Below are positions 11,620-20,555 of a stretch of DNA of 32,000 bases, piece after piece. The stretch is from Mycobacterium leprae TN (GTDB taxonomy: Bacteria; Actinomycetota; Actinomycetes; Mycobacteriales; Mycobacteriaceae), in NCBI RefSeq assembly GCF_000195855.1, contig NC_002677.1, positions 1,110,001-1,142,000 of the forward strand, in the 5' to 3' direction. Below the pieces are notes generated by a model. The model made no database searches. It worked only from the letters and a program-made list of their open reading frames with translations, and was not told the DNA's origin. The translations under genes were made by a program, and so were the position numbers. Every line of letters begins with the position of its first letter. Positions within the stretch are counted from its first letter, which is position 1.

Positions 11620-11819
11620 CGCTGTCACCGCAGGTGCGACACTCGTTGTTATCCCGTAACGGCGAGTCGGTAGCCAAGCTTCGCCCGATGCCAGTTGGTC
11701 GTCACACCTTCTTCACCCGTGAAGAAGGTGTGACGATGGTCAATGTCCCTGTGCGCATTGACCATCAGCAGTTTTGTGCCGACCTCGACCAAGTCGATAC
11801 ACCAAGATCTCTAAAATGA
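11620..11819 (+). pseudogene. VapB-type antitoxin fossil
   Basis: KVIDAVTAGATLVVI, then (frameshift near 11659) RNGESVAKLRPMPVGRHTFFTREEGVTMVNVPVRIDHQQFCADLDQVDTPRSLK*. Its TGA (817-819) overlaps the toxin ATG at 11816. Confidence 0.65.
11699..11736. repeat. Perfect 38-nt inverted repeat (18-bp arms, 2-nt centre) inside the vapB fossil
   Basis: TCGTCACACCTTCTTCAC cc GTGAAGAAGGTGTGACGA. Confidence 0.98.
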
Positions 11820-12208
11820 CACCCGATCTTCGGGATACGTCGGTCGTGGTCGACTGGCACGATCCTGTGGTGGTAGCCGACTGCCCTACGAGATGGCGAT
11901 TTCGGCCGTTATGGCTGCTGAGTTGGCCGCCGGTCCGTTATTAGCCATGACACCTATGGAAGCCGCTAAACGGCAGGTCCGATTGCAGGAGTTCGAATCG
12001 ACTTTGGAGCCAATACTTTTCGATGGGTATGCGGTACGCAGTTACGGACTAATCGTCGCAGCCGTGGTGCGCGAAGGAAAAGCCGCGAAGCAGGTTCGCC
12101 GATCTTTCGATCACTGCGACGACGCACGCTAACCGTTTAGACCTCTATAGCCGCAACACTGATCACTTTACCGGCTTTGAAAACCTGATCCGCGTCGTTG
12201 CCATCTGA
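11816..12208 (+). pseudogene. VapC-type PIN-domain toxin pseudogene
   Basis: MTPDLRDTSVVVDWHDPVVVAD (PIN motif DTSVVVDW), +1 frameshift near 11886, MAISAVMAAELAAGPLLAMTPMEAAKRQVRLQEFESTLEPILFDGYAVRSYGLIVAAVVREGKAAKQVRR, second frameshift, THANRLDLYSRNTDHFTGFENLIRVVAI*. Confidence 0.83.
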
Positions 12209-12415
12209 CTCTGTAATGCATCTGGGCTTGCTCCGCAGTCCTGTTGCGTTGGGGCAGCCACTTTGACACCGATGTCTGGTGCTGTCACGTAGATGAGCAT
12301 GGCGCAGAGTTCGTGGTGACGACTATATCTTCGCGATAAACGTCCATGTGGTGGAAGTGGGTTCTGGCGCAGCGGACTAATCCTTCAAACAAGGTTGGTT
12401 AGATGGTGACAGATT

Positions 12416-13020
12416 CTATTCCGTGTCACCGGATCTTGTGGCTTCCTCCCGGGTGAGGCCGACAGCGAGGATCAGCTCTTCGTGTAGTTCGAACCACACG
12501 GTGTGGTAGGAATCGATGAGTGGCTTAGTGAACCAGGCGATCTCTCCAGCCTTGACCTTATCCAGCGCTGTATGCAGTTTCACCAGATAAACACTCAACC
12601 GTGACAGCCGTGTCGCCGCCACCTCGATGATCGGAAACACCCGCTCGTGCACTGCATCGAGGCGCGCCAAAATCGCGGCATCGTATTCGGGGTCCTCGTG
12701 GGTATTGACATGCCGTCTTTTAGCTGACAATTTGTGATCAATTCCTTGAAATCAAGTTCAACGGAATGGAATTCGTGATAGTAAGTGGCAAGTTCGGTAG
12801 CATCGATACCCTTACACTCCGCGTCGAGCAACGCGTTCAACTTTGCGTGGTCGGTCGGGCTAATCCTCAATGTCATTTCCCCAACCAATAGGCCGGCTGC
12901 GGTTAGTTGTTCTACGGTTTTGGTTACCTCGACAAGGTCGTCGTACAAAGTTGCGGCCAAGTCGGTAGAACTTACCCGGCCCTTCAGCCGAACTGCTTGC
13001 AGCACTGTCAGTTCAGTCAC
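12416..13020 (-). pseudogene. Frameshifted conserved hypothetical protein (Rv1126c-like) overlapping the end of the PPDK gene
   Basis: GTG start at 13020. VTELTVLQAVRLKGRVSSTDLAATLYDDLVEVTKTVEQLTAAGLLVGEMTLRISPTDHAKLNALLDAECKGIDATELATYYHEFHSVELDFKELITNCQLKDG, then frame change near 12710 to EDPEYDAAILARLDAVHERVFPIIEVAATRLSRLSVYLVKLHTALDKVKAGEIAWFTKPLIDSYHTVWFELHEELILAVGL. Confidence 0.75.
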
Positions 13021-14699
13021 GATTTGGCGCTTGAATCCTTTGAGTCTTGCAGCCGCAGAGTGGTCATCATGACGATTAGCGGGGTGGCTGACACCACGTC
13101 GGCATGCCCAGTGTTTATGGCTAAGCGCACCGCAGTATCGGACGAGTCATCCAGCCTCGTGTGGTCCTCGGTCATGTGCACGCGCAGTGGGCTGATACGT
13201 CGTGCTATGTCGGCCAGCTCGCGCAGCTCCGGCGTTTCGTTCTCCGACCACGCGGACAGTGTCAGATTGCCTTGGCGTACCTCGCCTTTGTCGCCGTCAA
13301 CGGTGATCTGCTTACCAGCCAACGATACGGCGGTTCCCTGGCCGCAGCCCACTACGGCCACTCGGCTGAGTTCGCGGCTGACCACTGCCGCATGACTGGC
13401 GGCACCGCCGACCTCGGTGACAACCCCCTGTGATGCCAACATGCCAAGGACGTCGTCGGGCCTGGTGTGGTCGCGCACCAGGATAACCTGTTCGGCCGAC
13501 TCGGCAGCGTCTAATGCTTCATCAACTTCGGTGTACGCCTTGCCTGATATCACACCCGGGCAAGTGGGCGTGCCTTTGGCTAAAAGTGTTGCAGATAAAT
13601 GGTTTTCCGGTTGCAGTACGGGTAGCAACACGGTCTCGACATGCACCGGGGTCACCCGGCGCAGTGCCTCGGCATCGTCGATGAGCCCCTCCTGCCACAG
13701 TTGCAGCGCCAGGCGCACCGCGACCTGCGCCGAGCGTTCCGCGACCCGGGTCTGCAGCAGCCATAACTTGCTGTCCTCGGTGGTGAACTCGATCTCTTGC
13801 ACGTCAGATCCCAGTCGCTCCAAGCGGCCAGCGGTGTCCACTAGCTCGTCGTAGACAGTAGGTTGCTCGTCACGCAGGGACGTGATCGGCTGGACTTCAA
13901 CCAATCCTGACACCACATCGTCGCCTTGTCCGCCAGGCAACCACTCGCCGAACAGTTTACTCTCTCTGGTTATCGGATTGCGGGAAAATAACGTTCCGGC
14001 TCCCGAGTAGGCGCCTTGGTTGCCAAACACCATCGCTTGCACAATCACAGCTGTACCACTCTGATCGTCTAGACCGTAGTGGGTGCGGTAAGCAACCGCG
14101 CGAGGAGAGTTCCATGAGGAGAAAATTGACTCTATGGCCGCGCGTAATTGGTCATAGGTATTGGCGGGTGGGGGATTTAACGGATCCACTATGCGCCGAT
14201 ACGTGCGTATGAACCGCAGACGGGTGTCGCGGGCAAAGGTTTGGGGGATCGGCGAGGGGCTGGCCGCTGCCAGTGCCTGCTCGACGGGATCATTTATGCC
14301 TAAGTTTAGAATGGTGTCCATCATCCCGGGCATCGATTGGACGGCTCCGGAGCGAATGCTGACCAGCAATGGCCGCGGTCCCCACCCAAATGTGCGTGAG
14401 GTTTCGGCTTCCAGCCATCGCATCTGGTCCAGCACGTCGTTCCAGATCGCTTCCATCGTCGGCGTGGGAGCGGCCAAATACCGAACGCCGACCTCGGTGG
14501 TGATGCAGAACGCTGGGGGTACTGCCAGTTGGTGTCGGCGCATCGCGTTGATGTTATAGCCCTTGCCGCCCAGGAGTTCCCGCGTTTGGTGTGCATTACC
14601 ATTCAGCAACACTATGGCGTGTTCTGTGAACGCGGCGACATGTTCGCTCGATGTCGTGATGTCCACTTTGTCATGAGCGTTTCCCAGTAGGTGTCGCAT
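13017..14699 (-). CDS. ppdK: Short-form pyruvate,phosphate dikinase (ATP-grasp plus phosphohistidine domains, no C-terminal PEP/pyruvate barrel)
   Basis: Uninterrupted ORF. Motifs LLGGKGYNINAM, PLLVSIRSGAVQSMPGMMDTILNLGIND, SRNPITRESKLFGEWLPGGQGDDVVSG, and phospho-His GGAASHAAVVSRELSRVAVVGCG. The tracked ORF opens at 14822; ATG at 14699 (or GTG at 14612) is a more likely start. Confidence 0.93.
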   Translation of the reverse strand: MRHLLGNAHDKVDITTSSEHVAAFTEHAIVLLNGNAHQTRELLGGKGYNINAMRRHQLAVPPAFCITTEVGVRYLAAPTPTMEAIWNDVLDQMRWLEAETSRTFGWGPRPLLVSIRSGAVQSMPGMMDTILNLGINDPVEQALAAASPSPIPQTFARDTRLRFIRTYRRIVDPLNPPPANTYDQLRAAIESIFSSWNSPRAVAYRTHYGLDDQSGTAVIVQAMVFGNQGAYSGAGTLFSRNPITRESKLFGEWLPGGQGDDVVSGLVEVQPITSLRDEQPTVYDELVDTAGRLERLGSDVQEIEFTTEDSKLWLLQTRVAERSAQVAVRLALQLWQEGLIDDAEALRRVTPVHVETVLLPVLQPENHLSATLLAKGTPTCPGVISGKAYTEVDEALDAAESAEQVILVRDHTRPDDVLGMLASQGVVTEVGGAASHAAVVSRELSRVAVVGCGQGTAVSLAGKQITVDGDKGEVRQGNLTLSAWSENETPELRELADIARRISPLRVHMTEDHTRLDDSSDTAVRLAINTGHADVVSATPLIVMMTTLRLQDSKDSSAKS

Positions 14700-14866
14700 G
14701 AATGCTGGGGATTCCGGTGCAGCTAGGCTGAGTGCCCAACGCAATTCTGACGTTGCCTGCTTCAATGATCGCGGTGTTGATGTTGCTCTCCTGTGCGGTT
14801 CTTTATGGGACTGCCCGGGCAACGGTACCTGCCAAGGATTTGTTTAAATCATCTAGGTTTGAATCT

Positions 14867-15376
14867 ATGACTTCCTATGACATCGGGTTACTGATCCTGC
14901 GGCTGGTGCTGGGCCTGACACTCGCCGCGCATGGCTACAACAAGTTTTTCTGCGGCGGCCGGATACCGGGAACGGCGCGCTGGTTCGAGAGTATCGGCAT
15001 GAAGCCCGGGACGTTTCATGCCACCGTGGCTGCTACTACCGAGATATCCGCCGGACTGGGTTTGGCCGCTGGCCTGTTGACGCCGATTCCAGCTGCGGGC
15101 TTTGTCTCGCTGATGATGGTTGCCGCCTGGATGGTGCACCGACCCAACGGTTTCTTCATTGTCAAGGAAGGCTGGGAGTACAACCTGGTGTTGGCTACCG
15201 GCGCGGTCGTGGTAGCTACGTTGGGCGCCGGCCGCTTCAGTCTAGATTGGCTTATCTTTGGCAAGAACTGGTTCGACAGTTGCGACGGATTGCTGATCTC
15301 TGTGCTGCTGGGTTTCGCCGGGGCACTCGGCCAGTTGTTGATCTTCTACCGTCCGCCGGTCAAAAAGACCTCATAG
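14867..15376 (+). CDS. DoxX-like integral membrane protein
   Basis: MTSYDIGLLILRLVLGLTLAAHGYNKFF...GRIPGTARWFESIGMKPGTFHATVAATTEISAGLGLAAGLLTPIPAAGFVSLMMVAAW...; several hydrophobic helices. ATG 14867 chosen over the tracked 14732 start from family-like N-terminus. Confidence 0.88.
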   Translation: MTSYDIGLLILRLVLGLTLAAHGYNKFFCGGRIPGTARWFESIGMKPGTFHATVAATTEISAGLGLAAGLLTPIPAAGFVSLMMVAAWMVHRPNGFFIVKEGWEYNLVLATGAVVVATLGAGRFSLDWLIFGKNWFDSCDGLLISVLLGFAGALGQLLIFYRPPVKKTS

Positions 15377-17276
15377 CCGGCAAAAGTGCAACTCACCACC
15401 GACTTCTCGAGCGCCTTAGCACTCAGCCGCGGCATCGTGTGCCAACACTTCGGCTGCGATCCGCTCGCTGGAGTGAACCAGTCCCCATCGACACACCCGC
15501 ATATGATGGCCGAGCTTTCTGTCCTGGCCCTCTGGATGTGACCGCACGGCTCACGCAGCGTGTAGCCGAATTCGGTCAGCACCCCGGGTGGGGCTGTGGC
15601 TGGATATTCCGCAACTGGATATAGCGTTAGGTAGACTCCAGTTTTGCTCGTGGGTGGTACTGCGACGTGCAGGCTCGACTTGGTGCTGAACCGATCGACC
15701 AGTTCGCTGGTGACCACCGTTTTGCGGTCGGCGTCGTTCGAGTTTCGTCAGCCGACGTGTGGCCAGTCCCTCCATGATGACACACATACTCCCCGGCACG
15801 GCGGTGTCTGTGCACGTGTCGATAGTTAAGGTGGCCGGCTACTCCGGCGAGGCTTACTGGCCGCACAACACATCGGTACGCTTGATAAGCTCGTCATAGC
15901 AGACCGAAATCTTAAAGACGGCGTATTGATGCAGAAAGCTCGATCCAGCAGCATCGGCTCGTAGTCGATCGGGGTGACGGTTGCCAGCGGAATTGCCACG
16001 ATGGTTCGGCGTGTCCGCACTGTCAACACATTGGTGTGTACCGTGAACGTCGTTGCGGTCCTGTTCGATGTGCCGAACCGCCTGCGACACATGTAGCGCA
16101 GCGCCGAGTTCGGTGGCTATACATTGATAAATAGAACCCACCCCGCCCCACCGGGTCGGGTACCCTGAGCGCCGCCTCATTGAAAATGACAAAGTTTGAA
16201 ACCGCCGGACGACCTCCATCCGCAGCAAAACACCTCCGATGTGTACGGGCAGGCCAACTCTATCTCCCGTATCGTGCCGGGCTGGCTTGGACAACATGTT
16301 CCTATCGAGCTATTCCTCTAGGTTGATGCGGTACCATTTGGCGGTATCCTTAGCCCCCCCGGGACTTCACAGATTTTCTACCGCGGCAAGGTTGGTCACT
16401 GCCCACTTGCTCATTGTCCACGGGATTGTGCAGCCGTATTGGTGTTTCTTGCCGTCGATGATCATCACTGCTTCGCTGTTGCTGTACCGCTTGTATTCTC
16501 GGCATGACGAACGCCTCCATCAGCGCGTAAATACGATCCTGGCTCGGCCCGATCCATGTGCCGTCACGGTTAATTCAGACCTCGTCGTCACGGGTTTCGG
16601 TGAAAAATGTAGCCACCTACCCTGTAACGTGCCTCCAAAAGGCCACCGAGCCGCCCACTTTCTTAAGTAGCAGCGCAACAGTCAAACCAGCGAATACCAC
16701 TCCCAAAATGCAAAAATGCAATAGTCGTACTCCGCCATGAGTGGCTCCCGTGCAGCAAACTACACCGGTCGAAACACCCGCGAATCTGGTTCCAGCGGAT
16801 TTCTGGTGCGATTCAAACCGGTTGGCCAGTGCACAAATAAGGCAAATTGTTGCCCAAGTTCTCGTCGACTATGACCCGGCCGCCGAAATGCGGTAAGGTG
16901 TTGAGCATACCTTGGCTCGCACTCTGCGATGTTGTGCACCGCATAACATTGCTCCTTCGAATAGGCGCCCAGCAGGTCGATGTCATAGCTTAATTTCTTT
17001 GCTGCACAGAGAAATTTATCAAGTTCAGCAGGAAAAAAACCGCCCGGACCGGGTTGACCAGCACGGTAATTCCCGGGTGCTGACGATGAAGTGGTCGTTG
17101 ATCCGTGTCGCCGCCGTCTGGAGACGGCCAGCGCTGGCTGTACCGCTACCGCAGCGAGGCGAGTCTCGGCGCGACCCGGCCATGACGATGGACGAAACGG
17201 TGGCATCTGGCCACCAGACTTTCTGGCAAAGGATGCGCCGAAGCCAGCCCGAGTGCGTCTTCTAAAGTGTAACACC

Positions 17277-17710
17277 GTGGGATTGCTTAAAGCCAACCTA
17301 CCGCAGGTAGACATGGCTAAGTGAAGCAAAGGCGCGCGCAGCTAAAAGGTCTGCCCGATGGTCAGGCACTGTGCCGAAGTGGGTTTTGGAAACGCCGGTC
17401 GCATTGCACTTGTTCTACGTCGTAAAAATCCTGCTTTACATCTTGGTTGCCTGGTTGATTGTGCTGACTACCACGGCATCAATGGGTTCCCAGGCGTCAT
17501 GTCATGGTATGCGGAGCCGATCGTGTTCCAGACGGTCGTGTGCTATACGATGCTGTTCTAGGTGATCGGGTTATGCTGCAGCGAGGTGCGCATCGCGTTA
17601 TATTTTATGCGCGGCTGATCCACAAGCGACCCCAAGCTTACTGGCTAGTGGACGTAGTGACAGGAGAATGCAGGCACAGTGTGGTCGTGCAGTGGCCGAC
17701 ATGCTGACCC
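17277..17710 (+). pseudogene. DUF3556-type transmembrane protein pseudogene (Rv1132-like)
   Basis: VGLLKANLPQVDMAK*...MVRHCAEVGFG; ETPVALHLFYVVKILLYILVAWLIVLTTT; GVMSWYAEPIVFQTVVCYTMLF*VIG. Frameshifts and stops between fragments. Confidence 0.75.
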
Positions 17711-17712
17711 AG

Positions 17713-17747
17713 CATCCCTGGGCCGACGATGTGCCGGCCCAGGGATG
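17713..17747. terminator. Terminator-like hairpin between the DUF3556 pseudogene (+) and metE (-)
   Basis: CATCCCTGGGCCG acgatgtgc CGGCCCAGGGATG: perfect 13-bp GC-rich arms, 9-nt loop, ending 30 bp downstream of the metE stop. No clear U tract. Confidence 0.75.
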
Positions 17748-17776
17748 TTCGAGTTAGCCGACGATTCTGGGATGGC

Positions 17777-20059
17777 TTAGGCCCCTGCCCGCACCTGGCG
17801 TGCTGCTGCGACCATGTTCTGCAGCGACGCGCTCACCTCGTCAACTGATCGGGTCTTCAGCCCGCAGTCGGGGTTAACCCAAAGCCGTTGCATCGGTATG
17901 GCTTTTAATGCTGCGCGTAGCGACTTGGCAATCTCGTCAGTGCTTGGTACCCGCGGCGAGTGGATGTCGTAGACTCCCGGGCCTATGCTGTTAGCGAAGC
18001 CGACTGCGTTCAGGTCATCCAATACTTCCATGTGTGAGCGCGCCGCTTCGATGGATGTGACGTCGGCGTCCAGGTCGGCGATAGCTCCAATCACTTCGCC
18101 GAACTCGGAGTAGCACAGATGAGTGTGGATTTGCGTCGAGTCGGCGACCCCCGAGGTAGCTAGGCGGAAAGCCTTTACTGCCCAACATAAGTATTCGTCT
18201 TGATCAGCCCTACGCAGCGGCAGCAGCTCACGTAGCGCGGGCTCGTCAACCTGGATGATTGCGATACCGGCGGATTGTAGATCTACGGTCTCATCGCGAA
18301 TCGCCAGTGCTACTTGGTTCGCGGTATCGGCCAGCGGCTGGTCGTCACGAACAAACGACCAGGCTAAGATCGTGACCGGTCCGGTCAACATGCCCTTAAC
18401 TGGCTTGTCAGTTAGGGACTGCGCGTAGGTGATCCACTCGATTGTCATCGGGTGAGGCCGGGACACGTCACCGTAGAGGATCGGCGGACGTACACAACGG
18501 CTGCCGTAGGACTGCACCCAACCGTTCTGCGTGGCGAAGAAGCCGCCCAGTTGCTCAGCGAAATACTGTACCATGTCGTTGCGCTCCGGCTCGCCATGGA
18601 CCAGTACATCTAGCCCGAGTTGCTCCTGCAGTTTGATGGCGTCGGCGACTTCTTTTTTCATCCTGCTGATGTACTCGGCCTCGTCGATCTCAGCGTCCTG
18701 CAGTGCCGCTCGCGCTTTGCGGATCGCTGAGGTCTGCGGGTAGGAGCCGATCGTCGTGGTCGGCAGCGGCGGTAAGTGTAGGCGCGCGTCCTGGCTGGTG
18801 CGGCGCTGCGCTGCGTCACCGCGGTGCGTACCGGAAGCGACAATCGAGTCAATACGCGCGCGTACCTGCCCGTTGTGCAGCCGCGGGTCGCTGCGTCGCG
18901 AGGCAACGGCGGCATTGGACGCCGCGATCTCATCGGCGACCGCGTCGCGCCCGTCGCGAAGTGCGCGTGCCAGCACAACGACTTCGGCCACCTTTTCCGC
19001 ACCGAACGCCAGCCAGCTGCGCAAATTGTCGTCCAGGTCGGTTTCTGGTTCCAACGAATACGGCACATGCAGCGTAGAGCACGACGTCGAAACAGCAACG
19101 GTGGCTGCTGAACCCAGCAGAGTAGCCAACTTGCTCAACGCCGATTCCAGGTCAGTGCGCCAGATGTTGCGTCCGTCGACGATGCCAGCCACCAGAGTCT
19201 TGCCGGCCAGCTCGGGCACCGCCGCGACCGACGTGTCGGCACCACAAACGAAGTCGACACCGATCGCCTCGATGGGCGTGCGGGCTAGCCCCGCCAAGGA
19301 AGCGCCGGGGTTACCGAAGTAAGTGGCCACGTAAATGGCGGGTCGTTTGCTAACTGAGCCGAGTGCAGTGTAAACTGCTTCCGCCAACGCCGGTGCATCG
19401 GGGGATAGATCAGTCACCAGCGCCGGCTCGTCGAACTGTACCCATCGTGCGCCATTCTCGGCGAGCAGTGATAGCAGCGTGCAGTAGATTCCCACCAGCT
19501 CCTCGAGCCGCTGTATCGGTGCGCCCCCGCCATTGATGCCCTTGCTCAGTAACAGGAAGGTGACCGGACCGATAATGACCGGTCGGGACGGAATTCTTTG
19601 CTCAAGTGCTTCTTTCAGCTCACCGAGTATCTTGCCTGGGTTCAGTGAGAAGGTGGTCGCGGGCTCGATTTCAGGAACCAGGTAGTGGTAGTTGGTGTCG
19701 AACCACTTAGTCATCTCCAGCGGCTTGATGTCGTTGTTGCCGCGTGCGAGGGCGAAGTACTGATCTAGGTCGTCGGACACTTGTGCTACCCGGGCAGGCA
19801 GCGCGCCGAGCATGAATGCCGTGTCGAGCATCTGGTCGTAGTAAGAGAAGGTGTTCACCGGTACGGAGTCCAGGCCGGCGGCGGCTAAGTCCGACCACAT
19901 GTCGCGGCGCAATGTTGAGGCGACGGACTCCAGTTCTGATCGGCTGGTACGCTTGGCCCAATAGCCTTCGGTCGCCCGTTTAAGTTCGCGGCGCGGGCCA
20001 ATGCGTGGAGAGCCAGTTACGGTTGCGGTGAATGATTGAGTGGTCACGAGTTCGTCCAT
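17777..20059 (-). CDS. metE: Cobalamin-independent methionine synthase (5-methyltetrahydropteroyltriglutamate--homocysteine methyltransferase)
   Basis: Intact 760-aa ORF: [98 protein letters not shown]. Confidence 0.99.
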   Translation of the reverse strand: MDELVTTQSFTATVTGSPRIGPRRELKRATEGYWAKRTSRSELESVASTLRRDMWSDLAAAGLDSVPVNTFSYYDQMLDTAFMLGALPARVAQVSDDLDQYFALARGNNDIKPLEMTKWFDTNYHYLVPEIEPATTFSLNPGKILGELKEALEQRIPSRPVIIGPVTFLLLSKGINGGGAPIQRLEELVGIYCTLLSLLAENGARWVQFDEPALVTDLSPDAPALAEAVYTALGSVSKRPAIYVATYFGNPGASLAGLARTPIEAIGVDFVCGADTSVAAVPELAGKTLVAGIVDGRNIWRTDLESALSKLATLLGSAATVAVSTSCSTLHVPYSLEPETDLDDNLRSWLAFGAEKVAEVVVLARALRDGRDAVADEIAASNAAVASRRSDPRLHNGQVRARIDSIVASGTHRGDAAQRRTSQDARLHLPPLPTTTIGSYPQTSAIRKARAALQDAEIDEAEYISRMKKEVADAIKLQEQLGLDVLVHGEPERNDMVQYFAEQLGGFFATQNGWVQSYGSRCVRPPILYGDVSRPHPMTIEWITYAQSLTDKPVKGMLTGPVTILAWSFVRDDQPLADTANQVALAIRDETVDLQSAGIAIIQVDEPALRELLPLRRADQDEYLCWAVKAFRLATSGVADSTQIHTHLCYSEFGEVIGAIADLDADVTSIEAARSHMEVLDDLNAVGFANSIGPGVYDIHSPRVPSTDEIAKSLRAALKAIPMQRLWVNPDCGLKTRSVDEVSASLQNMVAAARQVRAGA

Positions 20060-20214
20060 TTGATCGACTTCATCCTTAAATCGACGGGGTGGTCACCGCC
20101 AGCGGACGCACAGCCGATCCGATTGCAGCAGCACTTCAGGTACATAACCGCACCGGTTTCGGCCAAACGCCCATTCCACGAGGCGATGAGCCGTCGGACG
20201 CGGCGCGCCCGACA

Positions 20215-20435
20215 CAGCCGGCAGGTCTTCGGACTCGCAGGCGCGCACTGGATAGGTGCTTCTAATGGCCATCGCTTCCCAGTCTCGGATTTTTCTAAGA
20301 CCAGTGCTTCCAGACGGCGGTCGTTCCTGCATACCGCTGCGGGACAGTCCCGGATTCTCACCGGGTTCCCTCTCGCGATGCTGAGCTAGCATCACTCGAT
20401 ACTGGCGCCGTGTGGTGCGGAACCAGCAGACCAGC
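20215..20435 (-). promoter_or_regulatory. Cobalamin (B12) riboswitch in the metE leader
   Basis: Minus strand reads AGGGAACCCGGTGAGAATCCGGGACTGTCCCGCAGCGGTATGCAGG...GTCTGGAAGCACTGG...GACTGGGAAGCG...GCGAGTCCGAAGACCTGCC, matching the conserved core and 3' GACCTGCC element. Boundaries approximate. Confidence 0.94.
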
Positions 20436-20520
20436 TGCATCATTCAGGTTACCCTGCGCGCTTTGGACGTGACGGATTAGCTCGCCAGTGCTGCGGCAAT
20501 GGAGGTATTGTTGTTATTGA

Positions 20521-20555
20521 AGTCGATGATTCGACTAATGGTCGAGTCATCGACT
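20521..20555. repeat. Near-perfect inverted repeat (14 of 15 bp, remaining pair G-T)
   Basis: AGTCGATGATTCGAC taatg GTCGAGTCATCGACT. Confidence 0.92.

Noticed and set aside
13161-14559. Plus-strand ORFs antisense to the PPDK gene (for example 13417-13854, 14161-14559)
   Set aside because: Antisense shadow ORFs of an intact, motif-rich coding sequence.
15390-17240. Possible prpR/prpD/prpC (Rv1129c-Rv1131) remnants between the DoxX-like gene and the DUF3556 pseudogene
   Set aside because: Checked the minus and plus peptides against remembered motifs; nothing matched convincingly. Remnants such as SLHVAVPPTSKTGVYLTLYPVAEYPATAPPGVLTEFGYTLREPCGH stay unassigned.
18442-19322. Several long ORFs opposite and in alternate frames of metE (62-188 aa)
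   Set aside because: They are shadows of the high-GC metE coding frame; composition is Arg/Ser/Ala rich without family motifs.
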